Positions 11,871 through 23,591 of a DNA stretch of 64,000 bases are shown here, piece after piece. The DNA comes from Camelus ferus (Eukaryota). Every line of letters starts with the position of its first letter. The stretch's first letter is position 1. The stretch spans positions 98,024,001-98,088,000 of the forward strand of contig NC_045696.1 in the NCBI RefSeq assembly GCF_009834535.1, in the 5' to 3' direction. Both the position numbers and the translations under genes were made by a program. The notes beneath the pieces are model-generated. The model saw only the letters and a list, made by a program, of their open reading frames with translations. It was not told the DNA's origin and searched no databases.

Positions 11871-14849
11871 GTAAGACACTGCCAGAACTATAAGGATGTC
11901 ATCTGAGTGTCATTTTTTACTCCATGGATTAATTTCTTGCCTATCAATATCAAAGTTGGAAAAAGCGTGCCTAATGAGCCCTCGAAATACCCTCAGCGTA
12001 GTCAGGGACAGAGCAGCGGAAAGCAACCAACAGGAAAGAAAGCTACAAAGCAAGCAACTTAGCACTGTCTGAAGATGCTCTTTGCACCAAGTCGAGGGAG
12101 GAGGGGGAGAACAAGTGCAAGAACCAGGCGGTGTTTCTGAGGACCCAGAACTGGGCTGTGCTGGACAGTGTCAAAGGGCGCTGCGCTCCATGAACACCTA
12201 AAACACGAACGTGAGAAATTCTGTCCACTGGATAGTCATTTCACAGACGGAGCGGTCTTGGTTTTAAGACAGTTCTTGATAAGTCTGTTCGAGGTAGAAA
12301 CTGAGATTTTAAAGGGTCCTGAGTGTGGGCAGAGCTGCCCTTTATGCTCAAAGGAAAAGAATTCCTTGGGTGCCAGTAACCTGGGGGAGCAAGTGGGGAG
12401 GGTGTAGAGGTGAGCAGGGTTACTGAAGACTGCATCTGGGTAGCTCTCCCAACAGCTACCCAGATGCCAGAACAAATCACAAAATGCATGGAGTAAGAGG
12501 TTTCCTGGGAAAAAAAAAAAAAAAAAAGCTCGGGGCCAGGGTACTGAGGGGCAGACAGGGAAGAGCTCTCGAGGATTTGGGAGTGTGAGGGCAGAGGATG
12601 CACGAGAGAGACTAAGAAGGATGCTGGAGCTGACAGGCATCGTGCGGAGGCCTCAGATGTCGCGGGGTCGGGCTTCGGTCAGGCCTGTCTGCACAGCAAG
12701 GAGCAGGAAGTCGTTTTTTAGGTGTCGAGGCATTATTTTCCCCTAAGGGCCAGCCACCAGACAGACCCACGGGGATGGGAAAGGGTGGGAGGAAAACAAG
12801 TTTTAGAGCAAGGGCGCTTCATGAGAAGAGCAGCCTGGGGAGTCACTGACCGACTGTGAAACGTTCTGGCCAGCCCAAGGGCCCTCTGATCGGGGCTCAG
12901 AGAGAAGTAGGGGGAGAAAGCGAAAATGACTCAGCAGCTTTGCAAAAGGGAGCCACCCACCAGGATGTTCCTGGAAATCACCGCGGGCCGCCCTGGGCTC
13001 CAGACAAGGGGCAGCCTTATATTCAGCCTAACACCGGCTGCCACATGTGAAGCTTTGTGAGTGACTCAGTCGGAACTACCCAACTCCATCCTCTCCATCC
13101 TCAAGGCACAAATGGAGCAGTGTTTATTTACACGGCAAAGTAGCATGAAGGGCTTGCTCTCTTCACTTTCACAATAAAACTCTTTGTTCACCAAAAAAGA
13201 TGACCAGAAGGTCTCCAATTTTTATCTGGAGTTTCAATTAATCTAGAGGTGAACTTCGTGTAATTATTTTTGTCTCAACCATGCTCCCTGAGGAATGTTT
13301 TTAAAAATCATATCTTATTCTTTAAGTCAATTTAGTCTTTGGTCATTTATGAACATCCAAAATAACCAGGCTGAACTGAAATAAGAGCACAGATCATAAG
13401 TAAAAGGGGAAACTACTTCTTGCTTAAAAGAATAATTAAGCCTAAATCCAAGCTGGGAAGGGCAGGTAACCCAGGATATTTTTCTGGTGTTCTCTTTCCC
13501 TCACCAAAGGCAACACACAGGTACAAGAGGCAGGATTTACGCCACCTGACTACAGGCAAAATAGCCGATGAATAAGAAGGGGAAATGCTGATGTCAGGAG
13601 ATCAAGTTCAACCGACCTCAACTCAGAGCAAGGATAATCAGGAGATTCACTGACTCACTGCTTGGTTTATCCACCAAATTTTACCAGCCAGGAAAAAAAA
13701 AAAAGTTGGGTACACATCACAATTGTCTCTAAATTACTGAGCGCCATTCATTCTGCCCCACTAATAGGGATTTGTCTCAGCTTGCACACAGCTCTTAAAA
13801 TAAGTATTCTAATTTTAACTTGATAGAATCTCAAAAGAGACGTCCAGATCACAAGACAGAGTCTGAACCCGAGCCAGCAATAATACTGCTTATGTTAGCC
13901 GTTAAAATGATCCCTGTGACCTGGTGTCACCGAAAGATCAGATAGAACTTTCACGACTAGTTTAGCAGTTAGAAATGCAGCCGGTAACGTGTGGATGAGA
14001 CTCCAGAACCGTTCAGAACAGAGGAGGAACAAAGCGACGGTGGGGCACACGGGAGCCGCGTGGCTCTCACGAAGCCCTGGGTGTGCCCCGTGCACGGGCG
14101 GACCAAGAACAGCACCGCAGCACTGCGGGCGCCCCGCTTCCCACCCCACTTGGCCCACGGACACCACTCACGTGCCCTGGGCCGCAGCCACTCTCTGACC
14201 TTTTCAGGCTCCCTCTCACACACAAACCTTTCCCCACGACCAAGGAGCCACCTCTCCTGTCTTACCAAAAAATTCCTCCTCACACCCACTCACAGGCTAA
14301 ACCCCAGTGCCCCAGGGGCCGGCTGCTGGTGCAGCAGAGGAGGGGACCTGGTGAGGTGGGGGCCGTGGAGCCAGCGCGTGTCCCATCACCGGAAGGCAGC
14401 TGTTACCCGGCGGCGAACAGTTGTGGCCACCAGGGACCCACCTGAGTTTTCTTTGCTTTCAAGCTATACAACCCTCCCATTTGTGCCCTGGAAATCAGAA
14501 CAGCAGCAGGACTGAAACCCAGACTTCAATAACCGAAACTTGGACCTCATCAACACCACCACCCACCAGGCTGGTCTCTCTTCACAAAGCAGCGGGGAAA
14601 GCCCCAACGCCAGGCCACCAGGAGACTTCCCTGGGGGCAGCATGGCATTCTTAGTCTGTCCTGGCTGACTGCTTGCCCATTCATTCACCCACCAAAAAAA
14701 TACCCCCACCTACCTGCACCTGTGCCCACACAGCTGTCCAGGCTCTTATCGGAAGCCGGCCTCTCCGCCTGTACCCTAGGACACAACCCCTCACCTGCTG
14801 AAGTCGCCCTCCAGTTTCTGCAGCATCAGTGCCCCCTCTCTCCTCGATC

Positions 14850-15620
14850 ACTCCCATCGATATACAACACAACGTAACTTCTCCCACCTTTAAAAAACCA
14901 CCACCACCACCACCGCCCTTTCTTGGTCTTACTTCCCCAACCAGCTACCAACCCATTCCTCTTCTCCCTTTTAAAGAAAATGCTCCAGAAGAGCCCCAAC
15001 TCTCCCTTCTCTTGGACCCACTGCCATCAGGCTTTGTCCCCCATCTTTCCACCAGATGCGTCTCGCCAGTCACCAGTGACTCCACGTTATAGGTCCAGGG
15101 CCACTTCTCATCTGTCCTCTTACCTGACCTCTTGCAGCATCCAACACAGATGGGTCACTCCCTCCTCCTGAAACGTTTTCTTTGCTTCGCTTGGGCAACG
15201 CCTCACTTTGCTGGGTTTCCTCCTGCCTCGCTGTTCTCCATCTCTTGTTCCTGTTCCTTCACATTTTCCTGTCTCGGGGCTCAGTCTCCAGGACTCTTTT
15301 CTATCATATTCACCCTCTTGGTTATATCATCTTGTCTTCTTGCTATAAATATCACTTATATGCTGACACTCCCACAGTCATGTCTCACCCGACCTCTCTC
15401 CTGCACTCCCAACTCCTGTAGCTACTTACCTCGTCCACATTTCCACTAGGATATTTAATACGTGCCTCAAACTTAATACATCTGATACATCTCTGGTTAG
15501 CCCCTGCCCCCACGAGCCTGCTTTGCTCACAACCTTCTCCATCTCACGAAATGGCAGCTCCTTTATACCAGCTGCTCAGATCCCATACCCGTAACCATCA
15601 TCTTTGACAGTTTTTTCTTA
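14850..15620 (+). mobile_element. L2 internal fragment
   Basis: Pyrimidine-rich L2 signature: cttacctgacctcttgcagcatccaacaca...cactccctcctcctgaaac and ccacatttccactaggatatttaatacgtgcctcaaacttaa. Confidence 0.7.
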
Positions 15621-16363
15621 CATTCGACCAAACAATTGATTTTTTCCAAAAGAGTTGGAAACCTGCATCTGATGTGAAATTCTCCAATTCTTAACCATTA
15701 GCAATTGAGAAAATAAAGACAACCATGTAAGGAAGACAGAATATATCTGTGGGACGGATACAGTCTGCAGCCCACCAGGTGGAGAGCTCTGAGGAGGGGG
15801 CGTCCTCCACCTAATCCACACGCTCCTCCCTCCCCGGGCTACCCTCTGCTCCCCAGGATGCGCTTCTCAACCAGACTTCTGCCCACGAGATGTCGCTTCT
15901 TGTGCCCTCTGTGCCTGCTGTCAGAGCAGCCTCTGAAGGCTGGGACGTGTCTGATGAGGACGTTTCCCCTTCGTGATGAGGACCCAGGTCGGGCGGCGGA
16001 ATAGGCGGCAGCAGTAAGACCTGAGGACAGATCATCTGATAAACACTTAGTGGTAACCGATGGCCATACTGAGAAATGGGGCGCCTGGGGCCCAACAGGC
16101 ATTACTAACACCCAGAAAGGAGAAAGAAGACACCAAGCAACCACACTGGAACCACGGCGGTCTGTTCTGTACGACATACAGGAAACTGCACACGCAAGCG
16201 TTTGCCGCGTTGATGAGGCTATCGCTCCCTCATTCCTTCTCGTGGTTCTCGGTGAGCAGAAGCTGGGGCCCCTCTACATGCTCCAGGCCACCGACTGAGG
16301 AGTGGGCCAACAAGTGGCTGAAAAAAAGACTGGCACAAACTGCAACTCCTCGGGGTTTTAGGT

Positions 16364-16463
16364 NNNNNNNNNNNNNNNNNNNNNNNNNNNNNNNNNNNNN
16401 NNNNNNNNNNNNNNNNNNNNNNNNNNNNNNNNNNNNNNNNNNNNNNNNNNNNNNNNNNNNNNN
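16364..16463. other. Assembly gap (100 N) in GYG1 intron 5
   Basis: Run of exactly 100 N, a conventional unknown-size gap. Confidence 0.99.
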
Positions 16464-16697
16464 AGACTTGAGGGGAATAGGGGGCAGAATTGCTCACACC
16501 ACTAATGATTCTCTCTCCTTTGCATGATCATCTTTTTGCTTGCTCAGCTGAAGCCAGTCAATTAAGTTAAGCAACTGCCCTTGTACAGACCAGTTTTAGA
16601 AGGTCAAGCTACCATGATTTGGAGGAACACTGTTCAAACTGGCAGGGTTAGTTATGAGGCAATAAGGACCGTAAAGAATCAGGTCTACAGAGAAAAT

Positions 16698-17035
16698 GAT
16701 ACTTAGTGAAGTCAGACAGAGAAAGACAAATACTTATATATAATATCACTTCTATGTGGAATTGAAAACATGATACAAATGAACCCAAATCTGTTTACAA
16801 AACAGAAACAGATTCACAGACATAGGAAAGAAATTTATGGGTACCATAGGGAAAAGCAGAGGGGAGAGACAGATCAGGAGTATGGGATTAACAGATATAA
16901 CAACTATACATAAAATAGATATGCAACAAATGTTTACTGTACAGCACAGGGAATTATACTCAAAATCTTGTAGTAACCTATTATCTGAAAAAAAAATTGC
17001 TGTATACCTGAAACTAAAAAATGAAAAATAAAAGA
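16698..17035 (+). mobile_element. 5'-truncated artiodactyl-type L1 3' end
   Basis: gtgaagtcagacagagaaagacaaatac ... actgtacagcacagggaattatactcaa ... A-rich tail. Confidence 0.85.
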
Positions 17036-17739
17036 ATTGGTCCACACTTTCAAGCAAGACAGGCTTATACTTTACAAGGCCACAGACTAGAGGCAAAAAA
17101 TAATGCTTCTCCTGTTCCATCTATTGTTAGTAAATCTTGTTCTGTTTGCTTTATTCAGACTACAGCTGATACGTTTGAGAGTTTGCCTGTTTTGTTCTAG
17201 AAAAGGAAGAGTCAAGAGGCTGTACTATGTCCGAGACATACGCCAAGAGAACAGTTCAGGAGGGAAGAACATAGACACTTAGAATCTTTATCTGGGGCGT
17301 GTTGACAGAGTCTGCCCAGAAAAGAACAGAAAGGGAAACATTTCTGCCACAAAAAGCCAGACATGCTTGTTACCGAGGTGGGGGTGGGGGACAAGACTTA
17401 GAGAGAAGACTCTGGATAATGAAACATGAGAAGTGAAAGGCCCTTTGTTCTCTGCTCACTCAGTAATGCCCGCGCGGGATGGAGACTGGAGAGCCCCGCC
17501 CAGCTCCCTGTAGAGCCTCACGGCTCACGGCTGTGTCTCAGGATCAACCTGACAGCTTGGCCTCCACTCAAGAAGCCAGAATCATCTTCTGGGTTCCACA
17601 CACATGAGTCAGAGGCTGAAGAACAGGGCCTGGGCCCTGCCAGTGACACAAGCGCTGTAACGAGGCGGTATTAGCTGCTGAGTTAGAAACGCACCAGAAC
17701 AGCGCGGAATAAACACGCTGCCAAAAACTGCGAACGTCT

Positions 17740-17900
17740 GTCCAGCAAGCACTTTACGTGTATGAACTCGCTTCATCCTCACGACACGCCGAGGTGGGAG
17801 GTGTCCTTTCCCTCCTGGCTCTGCACCGGAGGACCTGCGGCACAGCCTGAGCCCCTGGGAGGGAGCGGCAGAGCCAGGGCGCGCCCGCCCCTCGGCCTGA
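17740..17900. mobile_element. Highly GC-shifted MIR
   Basis: aagcactttacgtgtatgaactcgcttcatcctcacgac...ggaggacctgcggcacag...gcggcagagccaggg is collinear with the MIR consensus. Confidence 0.6.
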
Positions 17901-18536
17901 GACGACTGGCCTGTGGTCCTGCCAGGCCACGTCCCCGCACGGAGGGCGGGCCAGGCCCTCCTCTTACTTCCTCACGCTGGCTGCCTCCCTAAGGCTCACA
18001 ACGACCTTTGGAGGACACTGAGGCAGAGGGCAGCCCAGCCAGGAGCCCGGCGTCTGCAGGGCTGCTGCTGACTGCTCATCGTCCAGGAAGCAGCGCCTCC
18101 AGGGCGCTAACCGAGGTGGTCCAGCTCCACACCCACCCCTGACCAGCGCCTTGCTTACCCCCCAGAACTCCCGTGGGGGGAGCCGTCAGCATCCTCGTTT
18201 AGAGAACCGAAGCCCAGCAGCAGGCGCCAGGCAGAAGCTAGGTTTGTGCTGTGTCTGTGTTCTAGACTCATCAGAGGGCCAGGCACCCCGGGAGCTGGCG
18301 AGAACCTTTCTCCACGGGCAGCAGGTGCCCTCGGGGTCACTGCAAACGTAATGTGACAGACAACAGCCAAGGCTCGGCCCCATGACAGCCAAGCCTCTTA
18401 TAAGAGAAAGACCTTCCTCAAAGTCCCCACCAGTTTCTGCCCTCGGAATGACAATGAGACACCCCCCAAATCTTAAACCCCACTCCCCTGCCCTCATGGT
18501 CCCCCCGCCCCCCACATTTAAACCATTGGCACTTAC

Positions 18537-18663
18537 GCTTTAAATGCTGGGAGGTAGGAGTATATAGAAACGCTGCTTAGGTTATAAATAAATGGCAGGT
18601 GTTTTCTGATATCTGTTGTTGCCCAGCTGCTAAAAAATGTATTCAGTAAACCCTGGTCCCCAC
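18537..18663 (-). CDS. GYG1: Glycogenin-1 coding exon 5 (127 nt), contains autoglucosylation acceptor Tyr195 (18560-18562)
   Basis: ttttctttcag|GT GGG GAC... encodes [42 protein letters not shown]|gtaagt. Overlaps ORF 18533..18817. Confidence 0.98.
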
Positions 18664-18829
18664 CTGAAAGAAAAAAAAAAATTATAGTCACAGACTCCAA
18701 GGACAGGTCAGTAACTTTATAGGAATACTTAACTGGACCTTTACAAATAGGTACTAATTCCATTTCTAAAGTAAGAAATTCCATGTTAGACCCACTAAGG
18801 ACATTTGGGGGGGGCATTTCCTTGAGTTA

Positions 18830-19290
18830 ATTAATTAATTCAACAGATATTTACTGGGCAGCTGCTATGTGCCAGACACTGCCTGAGGTGCTGGAGAGTC
18901 AATGACGAGCAGAGACACGGCCATTGGGGTGGGGTAGTGGTGGGGGTGGGAGCACTGCTATCAGCAAGTGAAGATTCACGTGGAAGTGGATGGAGGCCTC
19001 ATGTGATGGGTCGGGGAAGTTGTGTTTAACCGAGATCTGAGGGGTGCACTGGAGGACTTAACAAATGCAGGTGGAGAGAAGGAGGGCAGGTGGTGTCCCG
19101 GGCAGAACACCTGTCATGCAGCAAAGACGTGAGTTGGGCAGACATGCAGCTACAGAAAGACCTGGAAGGTGGCCTCTGTGAGTGCACTGCAGAGTGGAGT
19201 GGGGGTCGCAGGCCACAAGCAAATCTCCCGAGAGGTAGGCACCAACTAGACCTCACCGGGCTCGGACTTTAGACTTTACTCCCAGGTAAA
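18830..19290 (-). mobile_element. L2 3' end
   Basis: attcaacagatatttactgggcagctgctatgtgccagacactg is the reverse complement of the L2 terminus. Confidence 0.7.
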
Positions 19291-20484
19291 AATTTTAGAC
19301 GTTACGTTAACAGCAGTGAGACAGAAAAAGAAGTCAAAAGCAAAAGAGAACAAACCACATAATTGTTTCTGGAGCCCCCAACATGGACAGAAGGCTCAAT
19401 GACAGAAGGCCACAGTGCCCTGGCACACCTTCTGCCACTGACCAAGCCTCTGGGGTCAGCCAACACCGGGCAATGTCAGCCACAGCCACAGAGCACAGAG
19501 CACAGAGCTTGCTCAGACCTTGGGGGTTCCTGGACGTCAGGCCTCCCTTGGAAAGTGAGGACCATGGCTATTCATTCAAAATAAGTAGAAACAATCAGAA
19601 TCCAAACAGCTAAGTGTCTGACCTAAATCATAGACACACATGTAACCCAAGAGTCACTAAGACGCCTGAAAATGCATTCTGCCAAGGAGCCCATGCGCTT
19701 TCTGCCTTAGGCTCATGAGATTTCAGAAAACAGGCACAGAACCAGAGCCTCCCATGCAGCAGCCCGGGAGTGTGCACGTGTGTGTGGGGGGCAGTGGGCA
19801 GGGAGGGCCCTGCTCTTTCAGCGGATGAGGCTGGCATACTGTGCAGTTACCTTGCACTTTGCTCTGCTCTGCCCTCAGACCTTCTTTCCTTTCTGACACA
19901 CAGCATGTCCAACTGGCTGTCATAACTATTTGTTTTTTTGGTTCTGAAAGAGACTTTAAAAATCTGAAGGTTTATTTAATATTTGGAGCTAAGTAGTAAG
20001 ATGGGGGCCTTAGGTTTAAAGTCCAAACGTACCTTACCCATCCTCTGTGGATCCCCTCCTTTCCAGATACCCTCAACCAACTCTATGGATCAAAGACAGT
20101 CACTGAGCACATGTCTAAGGCGTACCCTCCCTGTACAAAGAGGCCCTGACAGGTCCCCAGTCCTCAAGGGACAAACAGTTCAAAAGCAAATCAAGGTTTC
20201 ACCCTTGAAAGTTTTGAAGGACAATAAGATGACATCAGGATATGCTTTACTTGTTACATGAACCTTCAGCTATATAGAAGATTTTAACTAAACAGACAAA
20301 TTAATGTATTCTGAGACACAAAATAGTAAAGCCACGACCCTATACCGTTCATCAGAGGCTTACTCTGGATTCTGGGAAGTGATCTCAAATGTGGGCATAG
20401 ACAATGATGGCTGAGGTACAGAGGCCTAACGTCTTACTGATTTCCTTTTACACATAAACATCAAAATAAAGGTTGAGGAACTGT

Positions 20485-21065
20485 TGACAGCAGCTTTATT
20501 TGTAATAATACAAAACTGGAAAGAGCCCAGTCTCCTTCAACAGGTGTATGAATGTGACACCTCCATACAACAGCATATTACTCAGCAATAAAAAGGCACA
20601 AGTTTTTGATACCACAGCAACTTAGATGGATCTCAAGAGAATGATGCTGAGTGAAAAACTCCCACCCTGCAAGGTTACATACTATTTGATCCATTCATAT
20701 ATCATCCCTCACATGACAGAATTATAAAGACAGAGAACAGATCTGTGGTTGCTGGGGTTAGGGAGGGGAAGAGAGAGACAGGTGGCCACGGTGACAAAAA
20801 GATCACACAAGGGATCCTAGTGATAGAACTGTTCTGTCACACCAACCTACACATGTGATAAAACTGTATAGAAAACATACACACACCAATGAATACACTG
20901 TGAAGCCTGAATAAGACTGGTGGACTGTATCAGTTCCTGCTGTGGAATTAGTTATGCAAGATGTTACCACGGGGGGAAACTGGGTGAAGAATACATGGGA
21001 TCTCTCTATATTGTTTTTAACAATTGTGTATAAATCTACAATTCTCTCAAAAAGATTTTTTAAAA
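20485..21065 (+). mobile_element. Old L1 (L1MC-like) 3' end
   Basis: cagcagctttatttgtaataatacaaaactggaaa ... gatgttaccacggggggaaactgggtgaag ... aaatctacaattctctcaaaa. Confidence 0.8.
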
Positions 21066-21609
21066 GTCTGAGATTACTGTGGCTAAAAAATACAATAAAG
21101 AACTTAGTCATTAGATTCTAAATTCCACGAGGACAGAGATGATGGCTCTTGGCTCTTTCTGCTTCCTGCTGCATTTCTAACACACAGCAGCATGCTTTAC
21201 ACATGGGCAAGATATTTGTGGAATGAATGCAAGAACCTTGAAGATGTTCTCCCAGAGCAGAAAAGTTGAAATAACTTGAATATTCCACCATAAAGGAAAG
21301 GCCAGTACACCGTGATACTAACCACTCATGGAAATACTATTCAGACATTAAAACTAATGGCTTTAAAGACCATCAGTCCACTGTGTAACAGAAAGATACA
21401 CAGCAACATACATCACGATTCTAACTAAGAACATAAACATTCCTAGTGGAAGAAAATAAACCAAACAACAGTAATTGTGTGAGGGGATTGGTGTTAACAG
21501 ACATTCCCTCCCCCCGACTCTTCCTTACTATTGTTACATTATTTCTGTAATTCTAAAATATTAATAATATAAATAGGAGCAAGAATGGGAATTGTGCTAA
21601 CACCTTTTC

Positions 21610-22025
21610 TTTCTAAACATTTTTGCTTGTTAACTTATTTTCATTATTAAGTATATTATCAAAAGAAAAATATACATGTAGGTTATAAAGTATACCAATA
21701 ATAGAACTAAATAATACTATACCCAGTGTCCAATTTCAGAACTCTGACATGAACAATATTGTTTAAATTCTCTGTGTGGGCTCCCCATTCTAATCGCACT
21801 GCCCCGTTCCCCAGGAGTGACTACTTTTCATGAATTTTGTTTGTAATCATCCCCATTTCCTTTATCACATAGGTGTATACCTCCGGACAATATATGTTTT
21901 CACTTATTCTTGAACTTTGTAAAATTGGGCATCATACTATGTATTTTTCTACTACTTGTTTTTTTTACACCACTTTCAAAGACCTTTTTGAGATTAAGCA
22001 ATTCCACTGCTGACCACATGTAATG
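21610..22025 (-). mobile_element. Old L1 (L1ME-like) 3' end
   Basis: Diverged antisense L1ME motifs such as catcatactatgtatttttctactacttgttttttt. Confidence 0.5.
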
Positions 22026-23304
22026 CAGTGAAGAAATCTAACTCCATGAAGGTCGGAGCAGCAGCTGTAAAGCAGAGCTTCCCAGTCCAACAGAGTGAGC
22101 CTGGGGAACAGGAGTCGGAGCTGTTGATCCCTCAGAGCCCCTGGCTGGCTGCCTCTGGCCACAAAAGGCCACTTCCATTCACCCTCAGGTACCCTACAAA
22201 TACTATCAGTCCCTCAGCCTTGCCAAAATGCGGCTGAGAAGCACTGGTAGGAAAGGAAACAGGCAAGACGTGGGAAAGGCAGGGCAGGAGACGTGTGAAT
22301 CAGCGGTGCCCATTCAGGCAGCAAATCCCTAAACACTCAGCAAGGACCCTGCCTCTGGAGGGGACAGGACATACAGACCGTGAAACTCCCATGGCCACTG
22401 GCTTCATTATGTGACTACAAAGGGTCACCTTTTAGCCCAAAGTTGTACATTAAAAATAGAATTAAACACCACCTAGAAGTCTGTGGCTTCTTAAATAGTT
22501 TTTAAATTCAGCATTCTAACCACCTTTTTACCAAATGCACAATTCCATGTCTCAAGATCAGGCAAATGTTTTAGTTTCACCAGCAAAATCTATGCGTGGT
22601 GTTATCAATACCCTCTCTTCCAAAGTCCCTAAATTAGAGCACAATTTAAAGCAAAATGCAAACTTGAGCACATTTGTGCTACAAAACATACAAAGATGCA
22701 TTCAAGACTACTGAATCTTCACTACAAAAGCCCCAGGACTTTTGTCTAGTACCTTCTAGTCAGACTTCTGGAGCCAGCTTTATTTATTCTGACAGGATAA
22801 GACACTTTTAACCTCAATCATCTCAGAACCAACAAGCATGATTAGCAGAAGTGCCAGCAGCTGTGATCCAGCAGGCTTGGGGTGGCGGCCCAGGTGAGAG
22901 ATAAGAGAGAAAGGAAATGGAACAAGAGACACACGGCACCTGTTTTGCAACCAAAAGCAAATATCAGATTCTCCATCTTCCTTCCCTCCAGCTGGCCAAG
23001 TGCTAGTAACAACCTTACAAACACTCAGTATTTTCCAGGCCTTCTGACTGGAGTCATGAGCCTGGTAACCATGGACACATTACAGCACTGATCAGAAACT
23101 GGGCTCATGATTTTATGAGACAGAAATGGAGTTCAGTGCTGTCTTTTAAATTTGTGCACTTGTTCAATGCTTACGTAGTCTGTATGCTTTTCCATAGTTT
23201 GTTGGCAGCTGGCTTGCCTTCTGTGGCTAGCAGGGAGGGTGGGTCAATTTTGGCTTAAAACATGAACCCTAGTATCTCAGCCGCAAAAAAATGTTCCCTT
23301 AAAA

Positions 23305-23465
23305 TCCTACTCAAAGCAAGGTTCAGGTTCCAGGAGCAAGGGATCACCTGGGAGCTTGACAGAAATGCAGAATGCTAAGCCCCACGCCAGAACTCCAGAA
23401 TCAGAACACATCTGAATCCCCAGATGATTTGTTTACATATTAAAATTTGAAAAGCACTGGTCTAG
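23305..23465. mobile_element. MER5A-like hAT transposon
   Basis: atcacctgggagcttgacagaaatgcagaat ... aaatttgaaaagcactggtctaga. Confidence 0.8.
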
Positions 23466-23473
23466 AGTCTTTT

Positions 23474-23591
23474 AGAGAATGACTCCTTTTTTTAAAAAAA
23501 TAGTTTGACTTTGTTTTAATTAAAGATGCATTTATTGTAACGACACAGTCATTTAACCTCTGAAACAAATCCTTACAGAGAATGACTCCTT
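23474..23591 (-). pseudogene. Tiny retroposed polyadenylated RNA 3' end (88 bp) flanked by a 15-bp target-site duplication
   Basis: agagaatgactcctt at 23474-23488 and 23577-23591. On the minus strand the insert has AATAAA, ATTAAA and a short A tail. Source unidentified. Confidence 0.6.

Noticed and set aside
13895..16527. Many overlapping 70-174 aa ORFs in intron 5
   Set aside because: GC-rich or L2-derived sequence with no domain similarity; two of them only run through the N gap.
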